Shown in pieces: positions 19,312-29,166 of a stretch of 55,844 nucleotides of DNA. The position numbers were made by a program, and so were the translations under genes. The DNA lies in IMG/VR virus record IMGVR_UViG_3300043119_000318; one strand, 5' to 3'. Under the pieces are notes generated by a model. That model worked only from the letters and a program-made list of their open reading frames with translations, was not told the DNA's origin and did no database searches. How positions within the stretch are numbered: the first letter of the stretch is position 1; each line of letters starts with the position of its first letter. The DNA is from a virus. Its lineage: Duplodnaviria; Heunggongvirae; Uroviricota; Caudoviricetes.

Positions 19312-22300
19312 TTAGAAAGTTTGGGTTGCCTGTAGGTATGTTATATCTGCAAAGTAATCATACGATGCATTATAACGGTTGAAATAAAGATTTCCACTAT
19401 CAACATTATTTATAGTAGAAGAAATACCTTTGTTTGTGCTCAACAACTGAGCATCTGTTGGAGTCGTTAACGAACTAGCTACAGGTCTACTAGTAAGTAT
19501 ATTTAGGTTATCTGCTGGAAGAATCAGATCTTCTGTTAAATTTGCAGCAGTAATTTTTTGGTATGTACTTGCTTGGGATCCAACTTCTAGCTGAGCTCCC
19601 CAGATGTATACGCCACTGGTTCCGTCGCCAGCATAGTTAGCGGCATTCTTAAATAAAAGAATAAAATCGGCTTGCGATGCGTTAGGATCAGGAGGTCCAT
19701 AACCTATCACCACGCATCTATACCACCCATTTCCCACATCTTGCATGTAAGCGTAAAGTCCATATCCTGCATATATGACAGTGGCAACTTTAGATGTGAA
19801 ATTAAACGTAGCTCTGGCGGTCATAGAACTAGAGCCGATCTGCAGACCAACGGTTCCCCAACCATTATCTTTAGCATAAACGCTATACGAATAGATCGTA
19901 GAAGCTGTTGTTACATATCTCTGATAGAATAGATGTTGCGCAGTTCCAGTGGTTTCACTTAGTCTTTGCGCCGTCATAGATCCATCAGGTGCAGTATAAA
20001 CTACGGGAAGAGCAGTGCCATATGTTTTAACTGGTTCGCCGTGAGAATTTCCCAGTGTTAGTTGAGGCAGACCGATTCTTAGAGTTACATCAACCACTGC
20101 GCCAGAAGTATATGCAATAACAACTTGTTGCGTTGCATAAGCTATTGATGCATTGGTAAAGGTGCCTGTCGAAATTGCTCTTTGAGTTCCTAAAGCAGCA
20201 CTTGTTGGAGTTAGCGTTAATGTGCCGACAGACTCTAATAACACACCACCCGAATCGCGTCCATTTGTTCTATTTGTTATTACTACGTTAGCTAATGAAC
20301 CACCAACTAATTTTACGTATGCACTTCCCGTCCAAATTTGTCCAGCAAGGGCAGGCACCTGTGTACCTGATTCTGAAGTGAATGCATGGTTACCAGTAGC
20401 AGTTGCAGTTCCATAAACTCTAATATCAATATACTCTATACCATCTTCCACTCCGATTGAAGAAACATCTCTTGCAATACCATTAACAATATTAGATGCT
20501 GACCAATAGGTGGGCATCGTTCCTGGCGTACCTACTGATGCTCCAAACATCGTATTGTTTCTAACGAAGTTAGTCTGGATGTAATCACCATCGATGCCAG
20601 AGGGTGCGTTCGTTTTCCAAGCCGCATTATCAAACTGTTCGGTATATACAAGTTTATTTCTTACAGTTGCAGAATTTAGAGCAGTTCCTACATCTAAAGT
20701 AGGCTGATATACAGTAGGAGTTTCTAACAACTCTAATTGAGATCCCCAAATAAAGATAGTGCCAGTGGTATCTGGAATGCTAGCATACGCAGAAAGGTAT
20801 GTTTCACAACGTAAAGAACTATAAGAAGTGTTGGTCGCGAAAGTAATAGACACTCGATACCAACTATTTCCTACAGAATCGAATCTCGTGCGTAACGCTT
20901 CCCAAGAACCTGTTACAACACCAGTTGGAACTGCCAGAGTAAATAAATTAAATGCTGCTCTGACCGAATTCGTAGATGCGGTGTCTCTAATACGTATATT
21001 AATACCATTAGAGGTAATAGTTCCAACTTTCACATAAACGCTATAAGTGTAAGTTCCCTGTACTGTTGTATTAACCTGTTGTGTTATGTATCGTGGAATA
21101 GTTAAGCCATCGGCAGTTGCCGCTATAGTAGCACCTCTCAACGTACCTTCCGGAGAAGTAGTAGAGTTTGCTATGATATCAATACCAGCATCCGCCCAAG
21201 ATGTGGCAACATCAAACTGATCTGAATATGAAAGCAAGTTTCTAACAGTATTTGCGCTCACCACTGAATCATTTTCTATTGCTTGATATGCGCTTAGAGA
21301 ACCCTTTTCTAACTGTGCACCCCAAACGTAGATACCCGATGTTCCGTCACCAGTATATGAGTTTATTCCTCCAGAAAGTATAGTATGGTACATAATGAAT
21401 GTAGATCCAGAAACTGTAGGAACAAAGGTTCCTGAGCATCTATACCACCCACCACCAACAGCTGTTATCGTTGCTCCTGTGAATCCACCGCTATATGAAA
21501 GAACAGTTCCAGCGGTTAGGTCAAAATTGGCATTAGATGAGCCGGTGAAATAACCTGTTACTCCAGTCAGTCTAAATTGAGTTCTTTCTGCTGCCTTTAC
21601 ATAAATCGAAGCTGTATACGCAGTTCCAGCAACAACGGTTAATGCTCCTCTGAAGAATCCTTTAGATGCCGTTGCGCCAGAATCCTCAACTAATTTTTCT
21701 GTAGTAGTTGTTCCATTTGGAGCAGCAATAGTATTTGATGTTACTGTTACATTGTCTTTATTCCAGTAAGACTGATCGAACTGCTCAGTATACTTGAAGA
21801 CGTTTCTACGCACATCATTAGAATCGAAGTAACCAAGAGGTCTTAGCGTATCTATTGTATTGCTATCTGTTGGAGTGCTCAACGCAGAAGTTTGCACTTG
21901 ACCCAGTGTATATCTTGGAGCATCTGTTGGAGTAGCAGAAGAAGTCTGAACTTGACCCAGTGTATATCTGGTGGTATCGGTTGGAGTAGCACTAGACGAA
22001 TTAGCTTTACCTAGTAAATAAGAAGAAGCGTCTGTTGGAACTACCAATGAATCTGTTGCAGTAGAATTTTCGCCGATTCTTTGGTAAGTAGTGACAGATC
22101 CAACTTCTAACTGAGCTCCCCAGATGTAGATACCCGATGTTCCGTCGCCGTTGTATATATTGTTTCCACTGGCATTAAGTGTTTGGAAGTTAAAAGTGTT
22201 TCCTGCAGTAGAAGTTGTAGTTGCAGTTACGGTGATAGAACAGCGATACCATCCATTTCCAACAGAAACCATAGAAACAGTTGGTGAACCCAGATATATA

Positions 22301-25300
22301 CTCGCCACGCCAGTAGACAAATTATATTTTCCGTACTCATAGGTAGAATAACCAGTATTTATTCCAAATCCAATAAGACATTCTGTTCGTTCAGCTGCCT
22401 TCACATACATGGATCCAGTATACGTTACACCAGCAGTAGTTGGAATATTTGCATTTCCAGGACTGGCGAACGCGTGAAACTGTGCAATATCAGCATTCTC
22501 TACAAACTTATCTGCGGTTAATGAACCGTCTGGTGCTGTTGTGACGTCTGCAGTTATCGTCGATCTGTTTTTAAACCAGTATGCATTGTCTGCTTGTTCG
22601 GTATATCTTAACAAGTTTCTAACAGCTGCTGCTTCTACTAGGACACCTGGTGCAGCTACGCCTTGATATACAGTAGGTTGGCTTCCGACGTCTAGCTGGG
22701 CACCCCAGATATAGATACCTGATGTTCCATCACCAGTGTAACTTTGATTATTAATAATACCATCTGTGCTATGCGTCACACGTAATCCGCAAACTACAGC
22801 TGTTGGTAAAGTCTTTGTGATGCTTATTCTATACCAACCATTACCGATAAGATTAATAGAAGTTGCGGTAGGTGTTCCTTGAGTAGATACAACAGTTCCT
22901 GATGAAAGATTTACACCAACAAGACAATCCCCTGCGCCACCTCCAGAAAAACCAACAAGTGCAAATGTTCGTTCCGCTGCTTTAACAAACCAAGACAGTG
23001 TATATGTTTCTCCAGCAGTAGGAGTAAAGGTTTGTTGGCATACGTGTTGACCAGTTGCACTAGTTTCGACTAACTTATCTGCAGTAACGGCACCGTTTGG
23101 CGCACTATACTGCACAGTCTGCGCAGTTCCATAGGTTTTCACTACATCGCCAGCAGAAGTACCTTGAACTAGCTGAGGTAGACCGACACGTACAGTTAAG
23201 TTATAGCTCGCACCATTCACTAAAGCGACTCTAAGCTGTTGCCCAATATATGCTGTTGTAGCATCAGATATGTTATCCCAAGTGAATTGTTGTCTTTGTG
23301 CGCTTAGAGAACTGACAGTTGGTATGATGTTACTGCCACTGGCAGTAGTGATGCCAACTCCACTTGAGTTATAATTCCCAAGACGTAAATTTAACGTTAC
23401 ATTCGTAAGAGAACCAGAAACTAGCGAGATATACATGGAACTGGTCCATACTTGCCCTTGCACAGCATTGATTATTGATGAACCAGTCGTGAGCACCGCA
23501 CGTGCGGTGCCCGTGGTTCCAGTATAAGTTCCGGTTATATTCCAGTCAATGTACTCTATACCAGATTCAACACCAACACCCACAATAGAAGAAACAATAC
23601 CATTGCTAGTAGAGGTCCAGTTTGAATCCCATCCAGTAGGTCTAGTGCCAACCGCAGCACCTTGCATCGTGTTATTTGGGATTTGGTTAGTTTGAATGAA
23701 GCTATTGTTCTTATCCCAATTTGCAGTAAAATTTTCGGTATAAGTTAATAGATTTCTAATAGTAGAAGTCAATCCAACCAACTTCGTCACTGTTAGCGGA
23801 ATAGAATCTGTAGGAGTACTCAATGCAGAAGCCTGAACTTGACCTAGTGTATATCTGGTAGTAACAGTAGGAGTACTTAGAGCAGAAGCCTGAACTTGAC
23901 CTAGTGTATATCTGGTAGTAACAGTAGGAGTGCTCAGAGTAGAGCTCTGCACTTGACCTAGTGTATATCTTGTGGTATCGCTTGGAGTACTTAGAGTAGA
24001 AGCCTGAACATTACCAATTAAATAAGAAGAAGCGTCTGTTGGAACTACCAATGAATCTGTTGCAGTAGAATTTTCGCCGATTCTTTGGTAAGTAGTGACA
24101 GATCCAACTTCTAGTTGGGCGCCCCAAAGATAGATACCAGATGTTCCGTCTCCAGCATAACTAGATGAAGACTCATAAATGTACATGCTGATATTACCAT
24201 TGGAAACAGCAGACATTATACATCTAAACCAACCATTACCAACATCAACAATAGATGCAGATAGCGCGCCACTGACAGAAGCAGTTCCTGCAGTTAAATT
24301 AAATACTCCTCTTGGTCCAGCAGTGCCCATTTGTAACTGAACGGTAGTCCACCCAGCAGCTTTAGCATATACGCTATAAGAATAAGTTGCTCCGGATGTT
24401 ACAGCATAGGTTTGGGTTATTAAGTGTTGCTCAGTAGTGGCAGATTCAATTAGTAAATCAGCAGTCGAACTTCCATCTGGTGCAGCAGTAGCATTTGCAG
24501 TAATAGTACTGTTGTTCTTACCCCAAGTTGCATTATCAAATTGTTCTGTATATCTTAATAAGTTTCTAACAGCTGCTGCTTCTACTAGTACACCAGAAGC
24601 TGCTACGCCTTGATATGGAGTAGCATAAAAACCAACTTCCGCTTGTACACCCCAAACATATAGAGTACCAGAAGGGTTTGGTTCTACGCGAGCGATTTGA
24701 GGGTACGTGATTGTAGTAGTTGTAGCAGTAACGGTCACTGTACATCTAAACCAACCATTACCGACAGCATTGATGGTACTTCCAACCGCGTTGTTTTGAT
24801 ATGTTGTAGTTCCTGCAGATAGATTAAATGAACCACTTGGGTTAGCAGCAGAACCGTTATTGAATGTTGTTCCATAAGTAAGTATCGCGCAAGTACTTAA
24901 CGTTCCTGCTTTAGCGTACATTGATATAGTGTAAGTTTGCCCGGATACAACTGATATTGGACCTGAAAGATATGCGCCTAAGCTGGAAACTGAAGTCAAT
25001 AAGTCTGCTGTTTTATTACCATCTGGAGCAACAATATCGTTTGCTGTTGTTACAGTTAAGTTGGTTTTACCCCAATAAGAATTATCTAATTGTTCTGTAT
25101 AGTCGTACAAGTTTCTAATAGTAGAAGTCAATCCTAGGGACTTACCAATAGAAAGTAGATTAGAATCTGTTGGAGTGCTGATCGAAGATGACTTAGGTGT
25201 TGCGAATAATAAAGTATCGCTATCTGTTACAGTTGCAGAAGAAGATTTTAGTAATCCCAATGAAACAAGAACTAAATCTGTTGGAGTACTAATCGCAGAT

Positions 25301-28300
25301 GCTTCTGGCATAGCGAACAAGAAACTCGATGCGTCTGTTGCAGTAACAGAAGATGACTTCACTTGCCCCAGTGTATATCTTGTGGTATCGGTTGGAGTGC
25401 TTAGAGTAGACGAATTAGCTTTACCTAGTAAATAAGAAGAAGCATCAATTGGGATTGCCAGCGAATCTACTGATCCTGCAGTTTCTCCGACTCTTTGATA
25501 CGTAGTAGCATAAGAACCAACTTCTAACTGAGCTCCCCAAATATAAATACCGCTAGTTCCATCACCAGTGTAAATCGAAGATGCTTTTGTATGTATGCGC
25601 AGTTTATGTGAGTTTGTAGTTCCGTCTAGAGTATAAGTTACAAAACATCTGTACCAACCATTTCCAACAGAAAGAGCATAAACTGAAGATATAAGACCAT
25701 TGTAGCTTCCAGCAGAAATCACTCCAGAAGATATAGAAAAATTAACCTCTGATGTTGGTGTTGATGCCCCAACGTGCACTGGTCTAATTACAAAAGTTGA
25801 TGTGTCTGCTGCTTTAACATAAACAGACTGCGTGTAAGTTTGATTCGTGTATAGTGGTATATTGGCAGATTCGATATAGTGCTCTATACCAGTGCCGGTG
25901 TCATCGGTTATCTTATCTGCAGTTAGTGATCCGTCCGGTGCCAAATATCCAGGAATGTCACCATAAGTTTCTTGATACTCTGCAGCAGCTGTGCCTTGAA
26001 CCAGCTGAGCTCCCCAAATAGCTATCTCTGCAGTATTGTTTTGGTCAGCAATGAAATATGTAGGACGTGTACCAGCAACAACGTTAGTGAATGTGACTTG
26101 AAAACGTTGCCAAGATGTGGTTAAATTACTAAATGCTACAGTGGCTCTAACGGAGCTAGATCCATTGTTATATTCTTGCGAGATAATACCAGCATTGCCA
26201 GTATTCGTTGGAGCTGTTCCTGATATTAGCTTAGCCCAAATACTAGTAGTGTATGTTGTATTTGCAGCCAGTGCAGTAGATTTAGTGACATATTCATTAC
26301 TGCTAGAACCATTACCTGTAAAAGAAATCGCATTATATTCACCGATTGGAGAGATATTAGTGGAGCTTACCAGAGTAGTATTTGGTCCATTACCCCATCC
26401 AGTGAATGTCTCAGAATATGGAAATAAGTTGGTTTGTACATAAACTCCAATTTTATTCCAGTATGCATTTTCTAATTGTTCGGTATATCTTAATACGTTT
26501 CTAACAACAGCAGGTTCTACTAGGACACCTGCCGCTGCTACGCCTTGATATGGAGTAGCATAAGATCCAGCTTCTAACTGAGCGCCCCATACGTAGATAC
26601 CTGATGTTCCGTCACCAGTGTACCCAGAAGTTCCGCCGACCACTAATGTAATTCTACCCAGTGTAGCAGAAGCTGATGTAGAGTTTATAGTTGTTACTGA
26701 ACATCTATACCATCCATCTCCAACAGACTCGATAGTAGCAGTGGCTCCACCGAATGTGGCTACTATGGTTCCGGTTGATACATCAAAGTGCGCATATTGG
26801 TTTTCTGTGCCAAATCCGGTGGAGTCGATATTCAATCGAACACGAACGCGCTCTTTTGCCTTCACATATGCAGAAAATGTGTACTTTGTATCTAAAACTG
26901 GAGTAAAAACTCGATTTAGTTCTTTGGAATTTGCACTTGTGGATTCAATTATCAAATCAGCAGTCACAGAACCATTAGGAGCAGTGATTACATTTGCGCT
27001 AACAGTAGTACCGTTAGGTTTATTCCAAGCTGAATTATCAAACTGTTCTGTATAAGTGAACAAGTTTCTAATCACAGAAGTTATTCCAAGAGACTTTCCG
27101 ATCGTTAATGGAATCGAATCAGTAGGAGTGCTTAGAGTAGAAGTCTGAGCTTTACCCAGTAAATAAGAAGAAGAATCTGTCGGAGTAACAGAAGATGCTT
27201 TGGGTGCATCGAATAATAAAGTGTCGTTATCTGTTACAGTAGCAGAAGATGCTTTGGGTGCATCGAATAATAAAGTGTCGTTATCTGTTACAGTAGCAGA
27301 AGACGATTTTAGTAATCCCACTGTAAGAAGAACTAAATCTGTTGGACCCGCAGAAGATGCCTTAGATGTTGAGAACAACAAACTCGATGCAGATGTTGGA
27401 GTAGCAGAAGATGCCTTAGCAGCATTGAATAAGAATCGCGAAACATCAGTTGGAGTAGCAGAAGATGCCTTAGCAGCATTGAATAAGAATCGCGAAACAT
27501 CAGTTGGAGTACTGATTGACGATGCCTTAGGAGTGGCAAATAAGAATCTTGCCGTAGATGTTGGAGTAGCAGAAGAATTCTGTACTTGACCTAATGAGTA
27601 TACAAGAGCATCAGTTGGGGTAGCAGAAGATGCCTTAGCAGCATCGAATAAGAATCGCGAAACATCAGTTGGAGTAGCAGAAGATGCCTTAGGTGCTGCG
27701 AATAACCAACTGTAGTCTAGATCGTCTATTGTTATCTCGCTACCAATCGGTCTAGACAAACTGAATGCAGTTTCGTCTAGAATTATTTGCTCTGACTTTT
27801 GAATTTGTTGTAAAGCATAAGAAAGGCGATCCAACATGGTAACCAAAGAGGGAACACCAGAATAAAGAGGCAACAAAATCTTGAATACAGGTTCGATAAT
27901 TGAGTATTCTAGTTCATAGAAGTTATCAATGATGTATTCAGCAAACATCTGGCGACCAGTTGGATGCAATAGCGACAATACTGTATCTCTATATGTGCTA
28001 AGAGCCTCGTCTATGCGCAACACATAAGAGTAATCTTGATAATAATAACTGTCTTGAATGATACTATCTGGAGAAGAAACTAATCCAGTAGAGTTAGAAT
28101 AATAACCTTGATATTTGGCAACTGCGCCTAAAGTTACTTGTAACTTAGCGGTATTGGCAGAAATAGCTTCTGGGACGCTGATTGATGAGAAATCTGCTAC
28201 AACAGCACCAACATAGTCATTTGAATATGATGAATTATAATAATCTTGTTTGGTGATTATACCAGAATCAGAAAGTCTTTGCTGATTAGACTTTGCAGAA

Positions 28301-29166
28301 ATAGTGAAGCCATCAATTTCTACTGTGTTACCGAAAATAACATTGCTTGGTAGATCAAATGTAAATTTTGTAGTATAACCAATACCATAAGTAATAATCT
28401 GACAAGATTTAATACCACCAATGAGAGTTACGTCAGTGATCTTAAATGATAGTCCAACACCAGTTCCAGCTTCTACTGAAAAGATTTGACCTTTAGAAAA
28501 TCCGTATCCAGGATTAACGATTTTTATAGTAAAAGTGGTTGGAACAACAGTTGCAACCAATCCCTTATACGAAATTGTATCTCCAACTAAGATAGATCCG
28601 TAGTAATCTTTAGAGATAAAAACTTCGTAAATATCGTTGGACGATGCAAATTCTACAACTTCTACGCGTTTAACGTTTACTTTATTTTTTGTTTTTATTC
28701 CATTAACTAAAGTGTCAATGTAAATAATATTGTTCTCTAGTAGAGTGACATCACCAGCTGAGACTTTAATGAAAAACGAAAAATCTTGAACCCAAAGAGA
28801 ATTAGAAATAGAAAGGATTTGATCTTTTGGATATCTAATATCAACTTCTTTCTTAAACATCTGACGGAATAAGAACTTATAAGATTGTTCGCTTCCGTGG
28901 GCTACGCTAACGTGCCCAGTGTTCTTTAAGAAAAACCGATCTTTTGCAAATTCTGGATATTCTACTGCAAATTCACGTTTAAGTAAATCGACGAAAGAAT
29001 CTAGAGTTGTTTCAACATCTCTAATTGTTTCTATATTACGATATACTTGCTGAGTTTCTAGGTACTTGTAGTACGCTTGTAGAAACTCAACAAATGTTGG
29101 ATATTCCTCGGTTATGTGCTCTGGTAGCTGATTAGCTACAATATCCGATAATTTGTTTTTGATCAT
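19312..29166 (-). CDS. gp7: Baseplate wedge initiator gp7-like protein with a C-terminal array of jelly-roll modules, 3284 aa
   Basis: N-terminal QLPEHITEEYPTFVEFLQAYY...GSEQSYKFLFR and IQDSYYYQDYSYVLRI...LLHPTG..MFAE motifs; lies between gp6 and gp8. Confidence 0.85.
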   Translation of the reverse strand: MIKNKLSDIVANQLPEHITEEYPTFVEFLQAYYKYLETQQVYRNIETIRDVETTLDSFVDLLKREFAVEYPEFAKDRFFLKNTGHVSVAHGSEQSYKFLFRQMFKKEVDIRYPKDQILSISNSLWVQDFSFFIKVSAGDVTLLENNIIYIDTLVNGIKTKNKVNVKRVEVVEFASSNDIYEVFISKDYYGSILVGDTISYKGLVATVVPTTFTIKIVNPGYGFSKGQIFSVEAGTGVGLSFKITDVTLIGGIKSCQIITYGIGYTTKFTFDLPSNVIFGNTVEIDGFTISAKSNQQRLSDSGIITKQDYYNSSYSNDYVGAVVADFSSISVPEAISANTAKLQVTLGAVAKYQGYYSNSTGLVSSPDSIIQDSYYYQDYSYVLRIDEALSTYRDTVLSLLHPTGRQMFAEYIIDNFYELEYSIIEPVFKILLPLYSGVPSLVTMLDRLSYALQQIQKSEQIILDETAFSLSRPIGSEITIDDLDYSWLFAAPKASSATPTDVSRFLFDAAKASSATPTDALVYSLGQVQNSSATPTSTARFLFATPKASSISTPTDVSRFLFNAAKASSATPTDVSRFLFNAAKASSATPTSASSLLFSTSKASSAGPTDLVLLTVGLLKSSSATVTDNDTLLFDAPKASSATVTDNDTLLFDAPKASSVTPTDSSSYLLGKAQTSTLSTPTDSIPLTIGKSLGITSVIRNLFTYTEQFDNSAWNKPNGTTVSANVITAPNGSVTADLIIESTSANSKELNRVFTPVLDTKYTFSAYVKAKERVRVRLNIDSTGFGTENQYAHFDVSTGTIVATFGGATATIESVGDGWYRCSVTTINSTSASATLGRITLVVGGTSGYTGDGTSGIYVWGAQLEAGSYATPYQGVAAAGVLVEPAVVRNVLRYTEQLENAYWNKIGVYVQTNLFPYSETFTGWGNGPNTTLVSSTNISPIGEYNAISFTGNGSSSNEYVTKSTALAANTTYTTSIWAKLISGTAPTNTGNAGIISQEYNNGSSSVRATVAFSNLTTSWQRFQVTFTNVVAGTRPTYFIADQNNTAEIAIWGAQLVQGTAAAEYQETYGDIPGYLAPDGSLTADKITDDTGTGIEHYIESANIPLYTNQTYTQSVYVKAADTSTFVIRPVHVGASTPTSEVNFSISSGVISAGSYNGLISSVYALSVGNGWYRCFVTYTLDGTTNSHKLRIHTKASSIYTGDGTSGIYIWGAQLEVGSYATTYQRVGETAGSVDSLAIPIDASSYLLGKANSSTLSTPTDTTRYTLGQVKSSSVTATDASSFLFAMPEASAISTPTDLVLVSLGLLKSSSATVTDSDTLLFATPKSSSISTPTDSNLLSIGKSLGLTSTIRNLYDYTEQLDNSYWGKTNLTVTTANDIVAPDGNKTADLLTSVSSLGAYLSGPISVVSGQTYTISMYAKAGTLSTCAILTYGTTFNNGSAANPSGSFNLSAGTTTYQNNAVGSTINAVGNGWFRCTVTVTATTTTITYPQIARVEPNPSGTLYVWGVQAEVGFYATPYQGVAASGVLVEAAAVRNLLRYTEQFDNATWGKNNSTITANATAAPDGSSTADLLIESATTEQHLITQTYAVTSGATYSYSVYAKAAGWTTVQLQMGTAGPRGVFNLTAGTASVSGALSASIVDVGNGWFRCIMSAVSNGNISMYIYESSSSYAGDGTSGIYLWGAQLEVGSVTTYQRIGENSTATDSLVVPTDASSYLIGNVQASTLSTPSDTTRYTLGQVQSSTLSTPTVTTRYTLGQVQASALSTPTVTTRYTLGQVQASALSTPTDSIPLTVTKLVGLTSTIRNLLTYTENFTANWDKNNSFIQTNQIPNNTMQGAAVGTRPTGWDSNWTSTSNGIVSSIVGVGVESGIEYIDWNITGTYTGTTGTARAVLTTGSSIINAVQGQVWTSSMYISLVSGSLTNVTLNLRLGNYNSSGVGITTASGSNIIPTVSSLSAQRQQFTWDNISDATTAYIGQQLRVALVNGASYNLTVRVGLPQLVQGTSAGDVVKTYGTAQTVQYSAPNGAVTADKLVETSATGQHVCQQTFTPTAGETYTLSWFVKAAERTFALVGFSGGGAGDCLVGVNLSSGTVVSTQGTPTATSINLIGNGWYRISITKTLPTAVVCGLRVTHSTDGIINNQSYTGDGTSGIYIWGAQLDVGSQPTVYQGVAAPGVLVEAAAVRNLLRYTEQADNAYWFKNRSTITADVTTAPDGSLTADKFVENADIAQFHAFASPGNANIPTTAGVTYTGSMYVKAAERTECLIGFGINTGYSTYEYGKYNLSTGVASIYLGSPTVSMVSVGNGWYRCSITVTATTTSTAGNTFNFQTLNASGNNIYNGDGTSGIYIWGAQLEVGSVTTYQRIGENSTATDSLVVPTDASSYLLGKANSSSATPTDTTRYTLGQVQTSSATPTDAPRYTLGQVQTSALSTPTDSNTIDTLRPLGYFDSNDVRRNVFKYTEQFDQSYWNKDNVTVTSNTIAAPNGTTTTEKLVEDSGATASKGFFRGALTVVAGTAYTASIYVKAAERTQFRLTGVTGYFTGSSNANFDLTAGTVLSYSGGFTGATITAVGGGWYRCSGTFVPTVSGSTFIMYHTILSGGINSYTGDGTSGIYVWGAQLEKGSLSAYQAIENDSVVSANTVRNLLSYSDQFDVATSWADAGIDIIANSTTSPEGTLRGATIAATADGLTIPRYITQQVNTTVQGTYTYSVYVKVGTITSNGINIRIRDTASTNSVRAAFNLFTLAVPTGVVTGSWEALRTRFDSVGNSWYRVSITFATNTSYSSLRCETYLSAYASIPDTTGTIFIWGSQLELLETPTVYQPTLDVGTALNSATVRNKLVYTEQFDNAAWKTNAPSGIDGDYIQTNFVRNNTMFGASVGTPGTMPTYWSASNIVNGIARDVSSIGVEDGIEYIDIRVYGTATATGNHAFTSESGTQVPALAGQIWTGSAYVKLVGGSLANVVITNRTNGRDSGGVLLESVGTLTLTPTSAALGTQRAISTGTFTNASIAYATQQVVIAYTSGAVVDVTLRIGLPQLTLGNSHGEPVKTYGTALPVVYTAPDGSMTAQRLSETTGTAQHLFYQRYVTTASTIYSYSVYAKDNGWGTVGLQIGSSSMTARATFNFTSKVATVIYAGYGLYAYMQDVGNGWYRCVVIGYGPPDPNASQADFILLFKNAANYAGDGTSGVYIWGAQLEVGSQASTYQKITAANLTEDLILPADNLNILTSRPVASSLTTPTDAQLLSTNKGISSTINNVDSGNLYFNRYNASYDYFADITYLQATQTF
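22015..22109. repeat. 95-bp exact direct repeat, copy 1; copy 2 at 24019-24113
   Basis: The sequence taaataagaagaagcgtctg...cagatccaacttcta is identical at both positions, 2004 bp apart. Confidence 0.9.
23825..23931. repeat. 57-bp tandem repeat (19-aa QVQASALSTPTVTTRYTLG spacer units)
   Basis: Unit gcagaagcctgaacttgacctagtgtatatctggtagtaacagtaggagt at 23825 and 23882. Confidence 0.9.
27189..27700. repeat. 54-bp tandem repeats encoding 18-aa KASSATPTD-type units
   Basis: Perfect 54-bp pairs at 27189-27296 and 27395-27502, plus degenerate copies. Confidence 0.9.

Larger units (their letters stand above)
19560..27072 (-). repeat. Array of nine RNLL.YTEQ...G.GWYRC...GDGTSGIY.WGAQLE modules plus three nested modules in gp7
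   Basis: Counted by eye: nine G.W(Y/F)R motifs and twelve WG(A/S/V)Q(L/A) or GLPQL C-terminal motifs. Confidence 0.85.

Noticed and set aside
19560-27700. CRISPR array or diversity-generating retroelement template/variable repeats
   Set aside because: Repeats are in-frame coding units without unique spacers. The 95-bp copies are identical, with no adenine-specific mismatches, and no reverse transcriptase is in the window.
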